Shown here: positions 1 to 11,910 of the stretch, piece after piece
Numbering within the stretch: position 1 is the stretch's first letter
Layout of the letters: every line of letters begins with the position of its first letter
NCBI RefSeq assembly: GCF_032191835.1
Contig: NC_083223.1
Location: 114,452,001-114,516,000 of the forward strand
Direction: 5' to 3'
Length of the DNA: 64,000 nucleotides
Source of the DNA: Heteronotia binoei
Taxonomy: Eukaryota
Notes under the pieces: model-generated
Told to the model about the DNA's origin: nothing
Seen by the model: only the letters and a program-made list of their open reading frames with translations
The model's database searches: none
Program-made: the position numbers and the translations under genes

Positions 1-2
1 CC

Positions 3-479
3 ACAATTGAGTGGCAGGGACGGCGTGGCATGAAGTGGGCGGGACTCCTCTCACTTCTATTTAGAGAGAGGAGGGGCCCGCCACCGCACATCTTGGTGAT
101 TCACCTGGGGGAGAATGATTTGGGCCTAATGAAGGGTAGGGCCCTATCTATTCAGGCCCGGGATGACATCACTTTGATTAAACGGAGATGGCCGGGCGTC
201 CTCGTCCTGTGGTCGGCCATGTTGCCACGCCGGGTGTGGCGGGCAGCCTGGGACCCGGAAGGCTTGGAGCGGGCCAGAAGGAAGGCCAATAGGGCCTTAT
301 GTTTATATATGGAGGCCGGGCTCGGAGTTTACGTGCCCCACCCAACCATCAAGGCCAAGCGTAGTGATTGGTACAGGCCTGATGGCGTTCATTTATCGAT
401 AAAGGGCAACGAGGCCTTTTTGGCCGACTTGAGGCATGGGCTGGAACATGTTCTCTCTGGTGGGGGGTCAGTGGCCTAA
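3..479 (+). CDS. SGNH/GDSL-like hydrolase (esterase) ORF, open from the window edge
   Basis: Motifs WQGRRGMKW (block II-like), HLGENDL (block III GxND) and RPDGVHLS (block V DxxH) are present. The frame is open upstream of the annotated ATG at 30 and has no internal stops. Confidence 0.85.
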   Translation, partial: TIEWQGRRGMKWAGLLSLLFRERRGPPPHILVIHLGENDLGLMKGRALSIQARDDITLIKRRWPGVLVLWSAMLPRRVWRAAWDPEGLERARRKANRALCLYMEAGLGVYVPHPTIKAKRSDWYRPDGVHLSIKGNEAFLADLRHGLEHVLSGGGSVA

Positions 480-500
480 GCAGAGGCTTGGCGCTGTCCT

Positions 501-919
501 TGGCGGTTTTACCATTGGGAACATGTTCTTTTGGGGGCATTTGGTGAGCTCACATGGCAATGCACCTTTGGGGGTGCAAGGCGCCCCTGGGGGACCTAAG
601 CTGCACGGCACAAGGTTGGCTCCAGGGAGCCTGGTGATCCAGTCTCTAGGGAGTGGTCCACAGCCCAGGCTGCATGGCACGGGGGAGGGTGGACCTCAGT
701 GAGCTGCATCTAGTGCCTGGCCGGCCGGGTTTGAGCCGTTGGGTCGGCTCACTCCCGGGGCCTGTGGCTCACCCAGTTTCAGGTTGGGAAGGTGGTCTGC
801 GTTTAAGTGACCCCTGGCTCAAACTGGCCCCATGTTTATTCCCATTGCCGTTAATTTAAATAAAGTGGCCCTTTATCCCACATTGTTGTCAGTCTCTTTA
901 TTCCAAATGGGGGGGCAAT
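501..919 (+). repeat. Direct repeat copy B1
   Basis: tggcggttttacc...ttattccaaatggggggggcaat matches 1258-1682, with about 8 substitutions, 1 indel and a G-run length difference (counted by eye). It contains AATAAA. Confidence 0.95.
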
Positions 920-1257
920 TCGGCACCGCCCAGCCGGGCGGCCAATCGGCCGCCTTAGGATGGGTGCCGTCCTTTGCCTCCCCTGAAGGAGAGGGAGACT
1001 TGGTTTGCCCTGACTGCCCGGGGTGTGTGGCAGCCTTAAGTAGGCTGGTTCGTCTCCTCCATGTGCAGTCGTTTCAGGGCTTGTCGGCCCGCCCGCCCGT
1101 TATGCAGTGTAGGCACAGGCTGGTCGCCGATTTTGGGGCCAGGTAGGAATTTTTCGCTTCCAAGCAAATTGGCTGGCTTGGGAGTGTTTTCGCCTACCTT
1201 ACACTGTAAATGGGGTGCTGGCAATTGGCTACGGCGGTGCTGCTTTTAGTTGGTCAC

Positions 1258-1682
1258 TGGCGGTTTTACCGCTGGGAACATGTTCTTTTGGGGGCATTTG
1301 GTGAGCTCACATGGCAATGCACCTTTGGGGGTACAAGGCGCCCTTGGGGGACCTAAGCTGCACGGCACAAGGTTGGCTCCAGGGAGCCTGGTGATCCAGT
1401 CTCTAGGGAGTGGTCCACAGCCCAGGCTGCATGGCACGGGGGAGGGTGGACCTCAGTGAGCTGCATCTAGTGCCTGGCCGGCCGGGTTTGAGCCGTTGGG
1501 TCGGCTCACTCCCGGGGCCTGTGGCTCGCCCAGTTTCAGGTTGGGAAGGTGGTCTGCGTTTAAGTGACCCCTGGCTCAACCTGGCCCCATGTTTATTCCC
1601 ATTGCCGTTAATTTAAATAAAGTGGCCCTTTATCCTACATTGTTGTCAGTCTCTTTATTCCGAATGGGGGGGGGGGGGCAAT
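1258..1682 (+). repeat. Direct repeat copy B2
   Basis: Second copy of 501-919, offset about 757 bp, ending in a longer G-run followed by caat. Confidence 0.95.
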
Positions 1683-2146
1683 ATGTCTTACAGCCTCAGC
1701 TATCAGCCAAGAAAACTCTCCTAAAAACACAGACATTACAGGAAATCTTGACAAAATTTCACAAACTGGTGGCCTTCTAGACACATTCTGGAAGGCCTTT
1801 TCATAACACTGGGGTTACAAGTGAACATCAATATTTTTTTCTTTATTTTTTAAATGAAGGAACAGTATGCATTATAAAATTAAAATTCCAGGATGGTTCA
1901 TTTTGTCCTGTTTACCTTGCAATAACTGCAACTTCACATAATAGCCAGACAGAACCAATGCAGCAAAGCTATCACATCACTGTTTGATCACAAACACAGA
2001 ACTCATAGATAGATACAAACTTTTCCAAATAAAAGTGAACTACCATTTTCACCTAATGCAAATGATGATGGATCATATAAATATGTACATCATACTGCAC
2101 TAACCATTCAACTACTTATGTAAACAGCCTGCACTGTTAACACATA

Positions 2147-2921
2147 GGCCCTGTTCAAACACACAGTATAATCAGATGTTGCTGCTGTTTCCTTCCGAAT
2201 TTAAAATGGCTGATCAGACAGCAACATCTGCCTCCCAGTATTAACTCGTGGTAGCCCTCCCCCTCCTGATGCTAGGAAAGACAGAAGGCAAAAGAAGAAG
2301 ATGACGGCAAAAGATGAGATGGCTGGACAGTGTTACTGCTGTAACAAACACGAATTTGAGCAGACTTTGGAGGATGGTGGAAGACAGGAGGGCCTGGCGT
2401 GACTTTGTCCATGGGGTCACAAAGAGTCGGACTTGACTGTGCGACTAAACAACAACAACAACAAGCCCCACCCCCCCAATCCTTCTCAGAACCAGATTAT
2501 TTTGTTATCTGCTCTTTTGAGGTGTTTTTTGAGTTCTCCAGTTTCATCTCATAGTTTTCTCCGTCTGGATAGTTCTGCTGAGATATTAACCAACTTCCGG
2601 ATGTCTGAAGGCTGTCCCAGAGCAAAAGGAGCCTCAGACATTTGGTTTACGGTCGCCATTTTTTTTACTACTTAGTGATATGCACATGACAGCATAACCA
2701 CATAATGTTTTAATCTATGCGCATAATGCACACACGTACACATAATAGTGGAAGAAAGAAAGAACTGCATGGTGCCGTTGTGTGGATAGCAGAAGACGGT
2801 TTCACCGCGGAGTAATTCGAATTGCAGTATGGCAATTTGATCGATAATATTCAGAACTAAGATATTCAAAACAGAACCGGATCAGTTTAACACAGACTCA
2901 ACACGCTGTGTGAACAGGGCC
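2147..2921. mobile_element. Non-autonomous DNA transposon (PIF/Harbinger-like MITE)
   Basis: Terminal inverted repeat GGCCCTGTTCA ... TGAACAGGGCC, flanked by the 3-bp direct repeat ATA (2144-2146 and 2922-2924). No coding capacity. Confidence 0.6.
2265..2464 (+). mobile_element. 5'-truncated RTE/Bov-B-type LINE 3' end with (CAA)n tail
   Basis: ctgatgctaggaaagacagaaggc...gtccatggggtcacaaagagtcggacttgactgtgcgactaaacaacaacaac closely resembles the Bov-B 3' terminus. It is nested in the MITE. Confidence 0.8.
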
Positions 2922-3927
2922 ATAAAGTGATATAAGAGCTGATTCATCTAACATAGTGATTCTTAACTGAGCAATCTATACATCTTGGAAGGGGACGCAT
3001 ACTGCACCCCTCCCCTGCAATGACTTCTGACAGTCAATAGAAGAGAGATGTTTTACATTGCTCACTTCACCTGGAGGATAAACTGCCAGATCCTAAAATA
3101 GCAGCATAAAATAGTACTCAGAGTCATGTCCCCTCTTCCCACCTCAAAAATAATACAGTGTGGAATATCTCAGAGAAGACCATGACATCTGTGCCTGACA
3201 ATCCTTACCACTAGATAACATCCAAAATAATAAGAGATTCTGGATTATATGGCAGGATTGTTGCATTTTTCATCAACAGCAACATGGCAAGACAGAAACT
3301 GCTTCTTACTCTAGAAGGCAAAAGGTTTTTCAGATCTGCAAAGTCTAAACAGCTTTTTTTGGTTTTAGTTTTCAAATCTAATTTGCTTTCTTAAAGGTCA
3401 CATTTACATGTTGCATACCATGCCCTTGGGGACCACATAAAATTCCCAGCCAACTGATTGTCTGAATAATGATTCAGGAGCTATGGCATTGTTCTGTAAA
3501 TTACATACTCGTTTTAAAAAGTTCAAGTCAATTTTAGCAATCAACAAACAGGTACCAACACAGAAGCCATCTTTTAAAGCATCAGAAACTCAGATTGCAT
3601 AAGGATAAAACTGGCACATAAGCTCATACTGTTATCAATTTATGATCAAATACCATGGTATGGGATGTTGGGACCTGCCTGAATACATTCAAAGTGCTAT
3701 AAACCAGGTAAACATTCAGTCCATTGCTGTCTGATTTTGTTGGGCTTTTTATTACAATGAAGCTGGCAAGCAGCAGATTTAGGCTAATAAAATACTTTTG
3801 GAATTCATGGCCACAGTATGTACTGATAGACTTAAGTGTAGATGACTTTTAAAAGAAAAACCCCTGGAAGACAGCTATCATGGATAATACCACTAATGGG
3901 ACCAAACAGAAGCTCCACTTTCAGAAG

Positions 3928-5940
3928 TATTATTTAATTGTTTGTTTGTTTGTTTATTCATTATCCCACCCTCCCTCACAAGCAGGCATAGGGTGGGTCA
4001 CAACAGACGTGTAATATATAAAATAAAACATTAAAGGTGCAATAGTGAGTGGATTTTGAGTGAGTGGACTCACTCTATATGTGAGTGGATTTTGAACTTC
4101 TTATCAGGTCGTTCACAAAGGGTTAAAATGGACGGATATACTTCTTCCGTGAAGATCTTAAATACTGGCACTCCTCAGGGATGTGTCTTGAGTCCACTTC
4201 TTTTCACTATTTACACGTCTGATTGTGTTTCTAGTAGTCTGAGTAACAAAATCATTAAGTATGCAGATGATACAACGTTAGTGGGGCTCATCTCTGAGAA
4301 TGATGAGTCTGCGTATAGGAGGGAAGTTCATCAGCTGTCCCTCTGGAGTAAAGTAAATAATCTTATTTTTAATGTAAATAAGACAAAGGAAATTATAGTG
4401 GATTATAGGAAGAGTAGTCTGGACATTCAGCCGTTGTTTATTGATGGTGTTATGGTAGAACAGGTGACAGAATGGAAGTTTTTGGGAATTACTATGAAAC
4501 AGGATCTAACATAAGGGGCAAATACTTTAGCTCTAGAGAAAAAGGCCCAGCAACGGCTATACTATTTAAGACTCTTAAGATCACAACAACTGTCAGGAAG
4601 TCTGCTGGTTGCCTTTTATCGTAGTTCCATTGAGAGCATTTTATCTTATTGCCTCTGCGTGTGGTTTGGGAGCTGCACGGAAGCAGAGAGAAGGGTGCTC
4701 CAAAGAGTGATGGTAAGAGCACAGAAGATTTGTGGATGTTCTCTCCCTCATTGGTGGATTTGTATAATATGGGGTGTAAAAGGAAGATACAAATGATCTT
4801 AAGGGACCCTTCACATCCGGGCCACTTGCTATTTGAGATCTTACCGTCAGGTAGGCGATATAGAGTGTTGAAGGCTAAGACAAATAGATTCAAGGGCAGC
4901 TTCTATCCAAGTGCTGTGGTTAGGCTAAATGCAGGGTTATGAATGGTTATTTGTTTTTAGATGCATTTAAATGGTCTATGTATATGTCCTTTTTTGGGGG
5001 TGTTGATGTGTTGGTATGTTTGTGGAAGAGCACCTCATTTTGTTGCTCTCATTTTCTTTTTTTTGAGAACAACGACAATAAATTTATCTATCTATCTAGT
5101 TAATAAATAACAATAAAATTCTGTTAGAATTTAAAGATGGCCGCCTAATTCTTGTTCAGATACCACTTGAAGGAAGCTAGATAGGTGGTCATACATAGCA
5201 ACCCGTTGGTCTCTTAGCTGGGCATAACAGAATGGACACTATACAGCTGCAACAATATGATTTAAGTTGACAGTGTGAGCAGGGAAGGCCAAGACAAATC
5301 AGATGCCTGCCGCCTCAACCAAAGGTCTGGTGGAATGGTTCCATTTTAGAGGTCCCAAGAACAGTAATAAATCCTGCAGGGCCCTGTTCTTCAGTGGAAG
5401 CGTGTTCCACCAGGCCAGGGGCAAGGTAGAAAAGGTCCTGGCCCTTGTTGAGGCTAAACCTTTCAGCCCAGAGATTGCCAGATGTTGGTCAGCTGAGCGT
5501 AAATATCTTCAGGGCACATATGGAGAGAGTAAGTCACATAAGTATATTGGTCCCTGGCTGCGTAGGGCTTTAAAAGTCATTACCATAACCCTGACCAGAT
5601 CTATTACTCAATTGGCAGCCAGTGCAATTGGCTTAATACTGGTTGAATATGTGCCCACACAAACATCACAGTCAATAGATACGCTGCCACATTTTGCACT
5701 AGCTGCGGATTTCAGGTCAGGTTCAAGGGTAGCCCCACAGAGCGAGTTACAATACTCTAACTTGGAAGTGACCATTGCATGGATCCCTGTAACCAAATCC
5801 TGGTATGTGAGATATGGTACCAGCTGCCTGTCCAGCCGCAGATGATAGAAGGCTGATTTGGCAACCATGGTAACCTGGGATTTCATAGACAGTGAGGCAT
5901 CCAGGATAACCCCTGAGCTCTTCATCTCAGTGCTGTTGTT
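3928..5940 (-). mobile_element. Decayed L2 LINE 3' part, interrupted by a Rex1-like element
   Basis: The L2-type 3' tail (ttatcccaccctccc...gggtgggtcacaac) is at 3928-4010. The peptide SLSMKSQVTMVAKSAFYHLR...SKLEYCNSL (5608-5925) matches the C-terminus of the other L2 copies in this window. Confidence 0.7.
4045..5098 (+). mobile_element. 5'-truncated Rex1/Babar-like LINE (RT C-terminus)
   Basis: Peptides GTPQGCVLSPLLFTIYTSDC, KYADDTTLVGLI, KAQQRLYYLRLLR and DPSHPGHLLFEILPSGRRYR. It ends in AATAAA plus a (TATC)n tail and has one stop and one frameshift. Confidence 0.75.
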
Positions 5941-7241
5941 AACAGCAGCCCATCAAGGGTTGGGAAACGGGTTCCTGAACCCAGCCCCCCACAACTCAGG
6001 TGCAGGTAATACCCCTCTGAATATCTGTTGCTGGAGGTCAACAATGTAGGCTTTAGCTTCTGTGCCCCTTCAATGTATCTTTTTGGGCCATTTAGATGCA
6101 ATAATAGCAACAAGACTGTCCTGATCTAACAGTTTTCCTTACATTCTTACATACAACTATATATCAAATAGTGACATGTACCCCCCCTCCTCCATTTGTG
6201 GGTACTTAAATCTGTGGATTGGAACCACACAGATACTAAATGTATTTGTCTGAAAATCTGGGGTACTTCCCAGGTTTTCAGAAAAATCTGAAAAGTTTTA
6301 AGGAATGCACTAGAGATTTAAACTCCCTCCAAATAATAATAATAAAAAGTATTGTCTGTGTATAAGCATACAATGAACTTACCAGATGAACTGGTGATAG
6401 CTGCCACTGCAAGTGTTATCTCTGGCCCAGCCACCATGACAGAGGTCAGCAAAAATGACTATGGGCCCAACTTCTGCAGTAATGGCTTCCAAGCAGCTTG
6501 GTGCCTGGTCATGGTGGCAGTAAACACCAGGAGAGACCTCAGGCCTAGCCATGGCAGCAGAGCACTCTGGAAGACGTTCTCTGCTTGGCTACAACAGCAG
6601 AATCCTTCAGGAGCCACTATGGGTCTTGTTGCATGGTGGAGGACTCCATGAAAGCCTTTGGGGCAGGTCATGGTGACTGAAGATGCTGGGAGATGCTTTG
6701 GGTTCACAGCAGCTCCCAGATACCTTCACTGTCGCTGCAGGTGGGTGGTGGGGCCTGGAGTTGCTATGGGAGAGATATGGGATTCCCCCTCCCCTGTGAG
6801 TCTTGCAGGCCTCCTGCTTGTCTAGTTTAAAAGTCAAATATCTGCTTTATTTGTGTAGGAAATCACTCCAAGAATTTACCCCAATGTTCAATTTCTGTGA
6901 CAGATCTCTGCCCATGAACAAGATTACTGCAGCAGAATGACAGCTCAGAGAAAGGAAGGGGTTTGGAGATGATAGCTGTCAAATTCCTAGGAAATTCCTT
7001 AGGGAATTCAAGATCTTAGTTATGCTGCTTACTACCCCCTTCCCTCCTAGTAAGTCACACCAGGCATAAAACTGGAAAGACTGAAGTGATAGAAAGAAAA
7101 CCTTTTGGGATAAGAATGCCCTCCCAAAGGTAGGTTGGGAAGAGAAAAAGAAATTATTAAAAAATGATGGACATAACAGAGAAGAGTCTCTTCCAGTTTA
7201 GAAAGCTCTTTAGATGTGCACAAGCCATGAATTGGCAATGG

Positions 7242-10200
7242 CAGCAGTGGAAAGTAGTCAAAGGGTCAACATTACTGACCAAAATTCCAAAAAACGCCAA
7301 ATACTGACAAATTACTGAACAATTTAATTTCAGCCTACCAGTAAATTCATGTTTTAAAAGTAAAACTGGGACTTCATTTTATATATAAATAATCTGGTCT
7401 CTATCATCCCTATAGCCAGCCATCACGCACCTTTTTATTGAAAAATAATATTTTAATGAAGATAGGACAATGTTTTAATTATTGTACAAAATTTAAGGCA
7501 AAAAAGATTCTATTTTTAAAATAATCACATACTGCAGATAAAACAGCAAAACATATTAAAAATCACGCATAAAATAATAATTAAGATAATAAAACAGAAT
7601 TACTGCAAGGTAAGACTTGTCTATTTTTATTTTGTCTTTTTTTGCTGAAAAAAGAAGTTATGAAAGAACTCCTTTGTTTCTCAACATTTTTCTGCACTGC
7701 ATCTGCAAACATTTTTTTTTTCTTGTCCTCTTCTTCCATTGCTGTCTCTATCCCCTCTAGCATGAACTGTGCCATGTTGAATCCCATCATATCCTTTTTC
7801 TCAGCAGTTTCCTTTACACACTTGGCATCACATAGCAATTTTTGAGCAATTGTCCTCTTCTCATTCTGCTCTTGTCTCACAGCTTTTTCAGTTTTGCTTC
7901 CTTCTCTTGTATACTATTCTTTTCACTGTCTGTCTTCTTAAATCTTTCTAACTCCTCTGCCATTTCCCTTTCTTTTTGCTCCTTCCCTTTAATAGCATGC
8001 TGTTCATCACATCACTGCTTGTAATGAACATGAGCGGTTTTTGCCATCTGTAAAAGCTCCTGGGTGATATTAACATGGTATACCTTATTTTTTGTATATA
8101 TGGTATAAAGTTTCTTTGACCATCAGGTGGGAATTCAAAGTTCCATCTGACATGCTGGCCCTTTCATTGGTCAAAATGCATCCAGATTTTTAAAACCCTC
8201 CTCCTATGTCTACACTACCATGCGATGACGATAATGCTGCTGTCACCATCTTGGTAACCAGTGGGTATTTTGGATTTTCAGATGGTTTTTCATTTCCAAG
8301 AACTGATTCCAGTACATATCTATGTGGTGGGTTCTACTGGTAGTTTCATCTTTAAGTCTAAGAAGTTTCCATTCACCCACGATCATGTCCAATGGAATAT
8401 CCATTGGAAGTGCTGCTGCTACTTTCATTATATCCTTGTGTGTTCCTTCTCTGATTCGCTGTGTGTTCCTTCTCTGATTCGCTGTGCTGGAGCGAAACAC
8501 TGAAGATTTCTGAGGATGGGTTTGTCCAAAGGTGACTGAAGTAAAAGGTGTTTGCAGGCTGCTGTGAATTTTTTTTTTTGCTCCCATTAAAAGAGTAGCT
8601 GTTCTTTTTCAGGAGATTTTTTCAGCTCGTCACATATTCTACTTTCACTGATTACTTCTCTTACAGGTATGTAGTGCTCATCACTGAAGGTTTCAAGAGA
8701 GAATAGTGCTGAACTCTTACAAACACGATTCTTGTGAGTGTTTTTACTTCACTGTGCATCACATGCACCAAAGGCTCTTCTTTCCGAGACACTCCAGTGA
8801 ACTTTGTAAATAATTAGGCACTCATGAAACAAAACATCACCTCTGCTTTCATTGTCTCATGTTTTAAGAGGTTAATTGTGTACCTATACTTTGTGGAAGA
8901 TTTCACTAAATCACTTTTACTTTTTTAAATAAACTTCTTAAACTATTTCATAACTGCTGGCTACTGTTCAATCAGTCTTGCAGCAGCACTCTCTACTGAT
9001 AACCACCTAGAAGAAACATGTTTCAAGAAATGATGATTTGGGATACCAAGATCTCTTTGAATTTTTGTGAAATCATCTCATCATGATGGCCATTCTTAAA
9101 AAGAAAATGAAGGGAAATTAAATTGATGCATCATCTCCCAGTTCTGCCATGCCCCTATGAAACACATTATGGACTATATGAATGTTACAAGTGTCAGTAT
9201 CTACCATAGGCTGTCTCTCTGTCAAAACAAAATAATCATGAGTTTAGTGACAGTCTTGTTGACATTTGACCCATCATTACTTTGCATGAGCAGTTTTGAC
9301 CAAGAAAGTTGTGCCAAATCCAAAGCTTCATCCAATTTACTGTAAACATCTTTAGCTGTTGCTGAACCCATAAAAAAAGTCTGGAGGTGCCTGGTCATAA
9401 TTATATTTTTGGTTGGTGACCAGTATCTAACAGCTACCTGCAATTATTTGTAAGAGGCTGCATTGGTGGTTTCATCATAGCAAAATATGCACCATTGAAG
9501 TCCTTCAGCTTTCTGAAGTATGGGGCCAGAGCATCTGTTGCTAGATACTGTGCCTTTGTCCTTAAGAGGGGAAAATCTTGGGGTGCTGCATTTGGAAACA
9601 TCAACTGGAAAATCTGTATAATACGTTCACAAGATGGCTAAAAAATGAAGTCAGATTAAATTGTTTACATTACTCAGGTAAATTCTGCTCTTGTTGCACT
9701 CTCTCTGACACTTTAAAGTGGAATAGTTCCACTGCAACTTGTTGACATGATGTGGCTACCAGTGCAAGTTTCCTCTGGAGCACCAGGTTACTGACCATTT
9801 CCCACCCCTGCAAAGACAGATGATTCCTGCACTCATTCTTATGTTTATAAGATGATGTGTGCTGCTCAACTACTTCAAAGCTCCATTTGATACTAAATAC
9901 TTTTGAACACACAACATAAAACATTTCTCCTTCACTTTTTCCCCATCCACATTCAGATACAACATATCAATTTTCATCTTTTTTTAATTCAACCACTCAT
10001 ACTTAATAGTGCACTTTCTCATTCTTTATAAGTCTCACTCACAAATAAGCTCAATCAGTAAAATAAAATAGTGTTCATATTTGCTTTAATATAATATATA
10101 CACTGTAGACTCAGATTGTGAACCTGAAACAAAAGAAAAAGGGAAATCAAGATTAATGCATGGAAAACAAAGATGATGTGATAACATAACATGGTGAATA

Positions 10201-10826
10201 ACATAGTAGGAAGTGGAAAAGAAAACATGGCCCTCAAACATTAATATTTAAATTTTTGAGCAATTAGGGGAAACCAATGCTCAAGAAACACTTTCATCAT
10301 CGGACCACTTTGTCAGTACAATAATAATTATGACTAGGTTAGGAAAAATGGGGAAAAGAATGTCTTACCTTGAGCTGAACTGAAAAAAAAATCTGTCTTC
10401 TTGCTGGGAAGTTGTTGCACAGCCGGAGACCAGACCAGCCTTTCTAAGAGAGAACTCTTCTGACTGCAGCCTCCCCAGAGAGAACACTTCCCTGATGGAA
10501 GCTAGGCCTTTTATTCTTTCCTCCAGATCCCACTCCTCTAGCCTTCATTGGGAAACTTTTCCCTTCAAAACTTCTGCCCACCCAATCGAAGAGGAAAAGG
10601 GGATCCTGGGAAATGTTGGCTGCACTAGGCCTAGGATCATGACAGAAATTATCATGTTTCCCCCAAAATGCAGTAGCAAAAACAAAAAACCCTACAAATT
10701 GCATTCACAAAAACAAAGAAATACTCACTTTACTGACCAATTTTTTAAAAAAGAAAACTGACAAAATTACTAATCAACATGAAAAAACTGAATTTTACTG
10801 ATTTTACTGACCATTTCCCACCCCTG
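7242..10826 (-). mobile_element. Decayed hAT-superfamily DNA transposon
   Basis: Minus-strand fragments include a BED-like CxxC/H finger (9670-9924), HLQTFFMGSATA...SNDGSNVN, a CNIHIVHNVF (CxxH) motif near 9170, a hATC-like ALSSHGSVD..GF motif near 8200 and a charged C-tail (7581-7880). TIR CAGGGGTGGGAAATGGTCAGTAA is at 10804-10826, with a degenerate partner at 7242-7260 (14/19). Confidence 0.75.
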
Positions 10827-11910
10827 CAATGATGAGGAGTCCCAGCCTGCAACTTCAAATAAAGCTTGTGCTTATGTATCCAAATATTCAACAGTATTTA
10901 GGAAGTACCTAGTGTAAAGTCAGAGGACTGTGTGTTTCCACCTTTTCTTTGTTCCCTTGCTAAGTCCCAGTTGCGTGGGTGTTCTCATATATTTATTCAT
11001 TAAAATTTCTTCTATTGTAAATCTCTACATCTGTTCTCTGGAAAAACACCAGTCCTTTCAGTTTTACTATCTGAAGTGTGGAACTATAGAGGAGTAGCAG
11101 AGAAGCTATCCTCCCTGAAGCATGATAGCTCTAAAGTGCAGGATTACTATTGACTTCCCTCACACTTGCTTGTAGAAGGGTGTAAACAGGCACAACAATT
11201 AGGTGGCAGCACCTCTAAATGGCAACACAGGTACAGAGAACTAGATATATGATTACATCTAGCATAAGATACTCCTAAGAGTCATTGGTGGCAATTAGTG
11301 GTTACCCAGTTAGTAAGTGGAACCCCAGGAGTTTATCTGATTTCCCAGGGGTCCAAACAGATGCGACAGGAAACAGCTTGTGAGCCTGTTCCCTTACATA
11401 TTTCATTTACAGTCCACCTTTCTCACTGAAACTCAAGGCAGAATAAAAGATTATACATCAAACCCATTTGGTTTCCTGAATACAAAACTGCAATAGTCCC
11501 AATGCACAGGTGACCTATTGCAACCCTAAGAGTTCATCATTTATCAGCTCATTTTTCTTTTATAGAACTGATAAAGTGGGAGATGTGGCTGTTCCCATTG
11601 CTGTCTGCAACTTTAGTCCTTTCCTCCCACCCCTGCCCGGCAGCAGCATTAATGCCTCCACTTTTATTCTACTGCATCTGAAGAAAGGAGAGCAGATTAA
11701 TAGATTTGTGAAGGAAATTATTGAAGCACTCATTAAGTTTTCATTTTCTGGACTGCCATATCTTAGTTGGAAACTTATTTCATCAACATCAATGCCATCA
11801 TCATCACCACCACCATGACAATATGTTTCATCTGGAATAAACCAAAAGAGAAGGAGAATATTTTGCTTTTACAAAATATATGTCTACAGGCTAAAATGAG
11901 TGAGCCTTAC

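Larger units (their letters stand above)
1..1682 (+). mobile_element. 3' end of a probable Ngaro-type tyrosine-recombinase retrotransposon (SGNH ORF followed by B1-A2-B2 split direct repeats)
   Basis: An SGNH hydrolase ORF is followed by two ~420-bp direct repeats (501-919 and 1258-1682) separated by ~340 bp of unique sequence. This is the split-direct-repeat layout described for Ngaro. The RT and YR ORFs would lie left of the window. Confidence 0.72.

Noticed and set aside
436-1616. Duplicated short ORFs (e.g. MVHSPGCMARG.., MPCSLGCGPL..)
   Set aside because: They arise from the B1/B2 terminal repeats in several frames and show no domain signature. They are not a tandem gene pair.
6170-6830. 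Possible Tigger-like MITE and old LINE fragment
   Set aside because: Resemblance too weak to assign ends or a family by eye.
7581-7880. Coiled-coil ORF as an independent gene
   Set aside because: It is colinear with, and downstream of, the hATC motif within the TIR-bounded transposon, so it is best read as the transposase tail.
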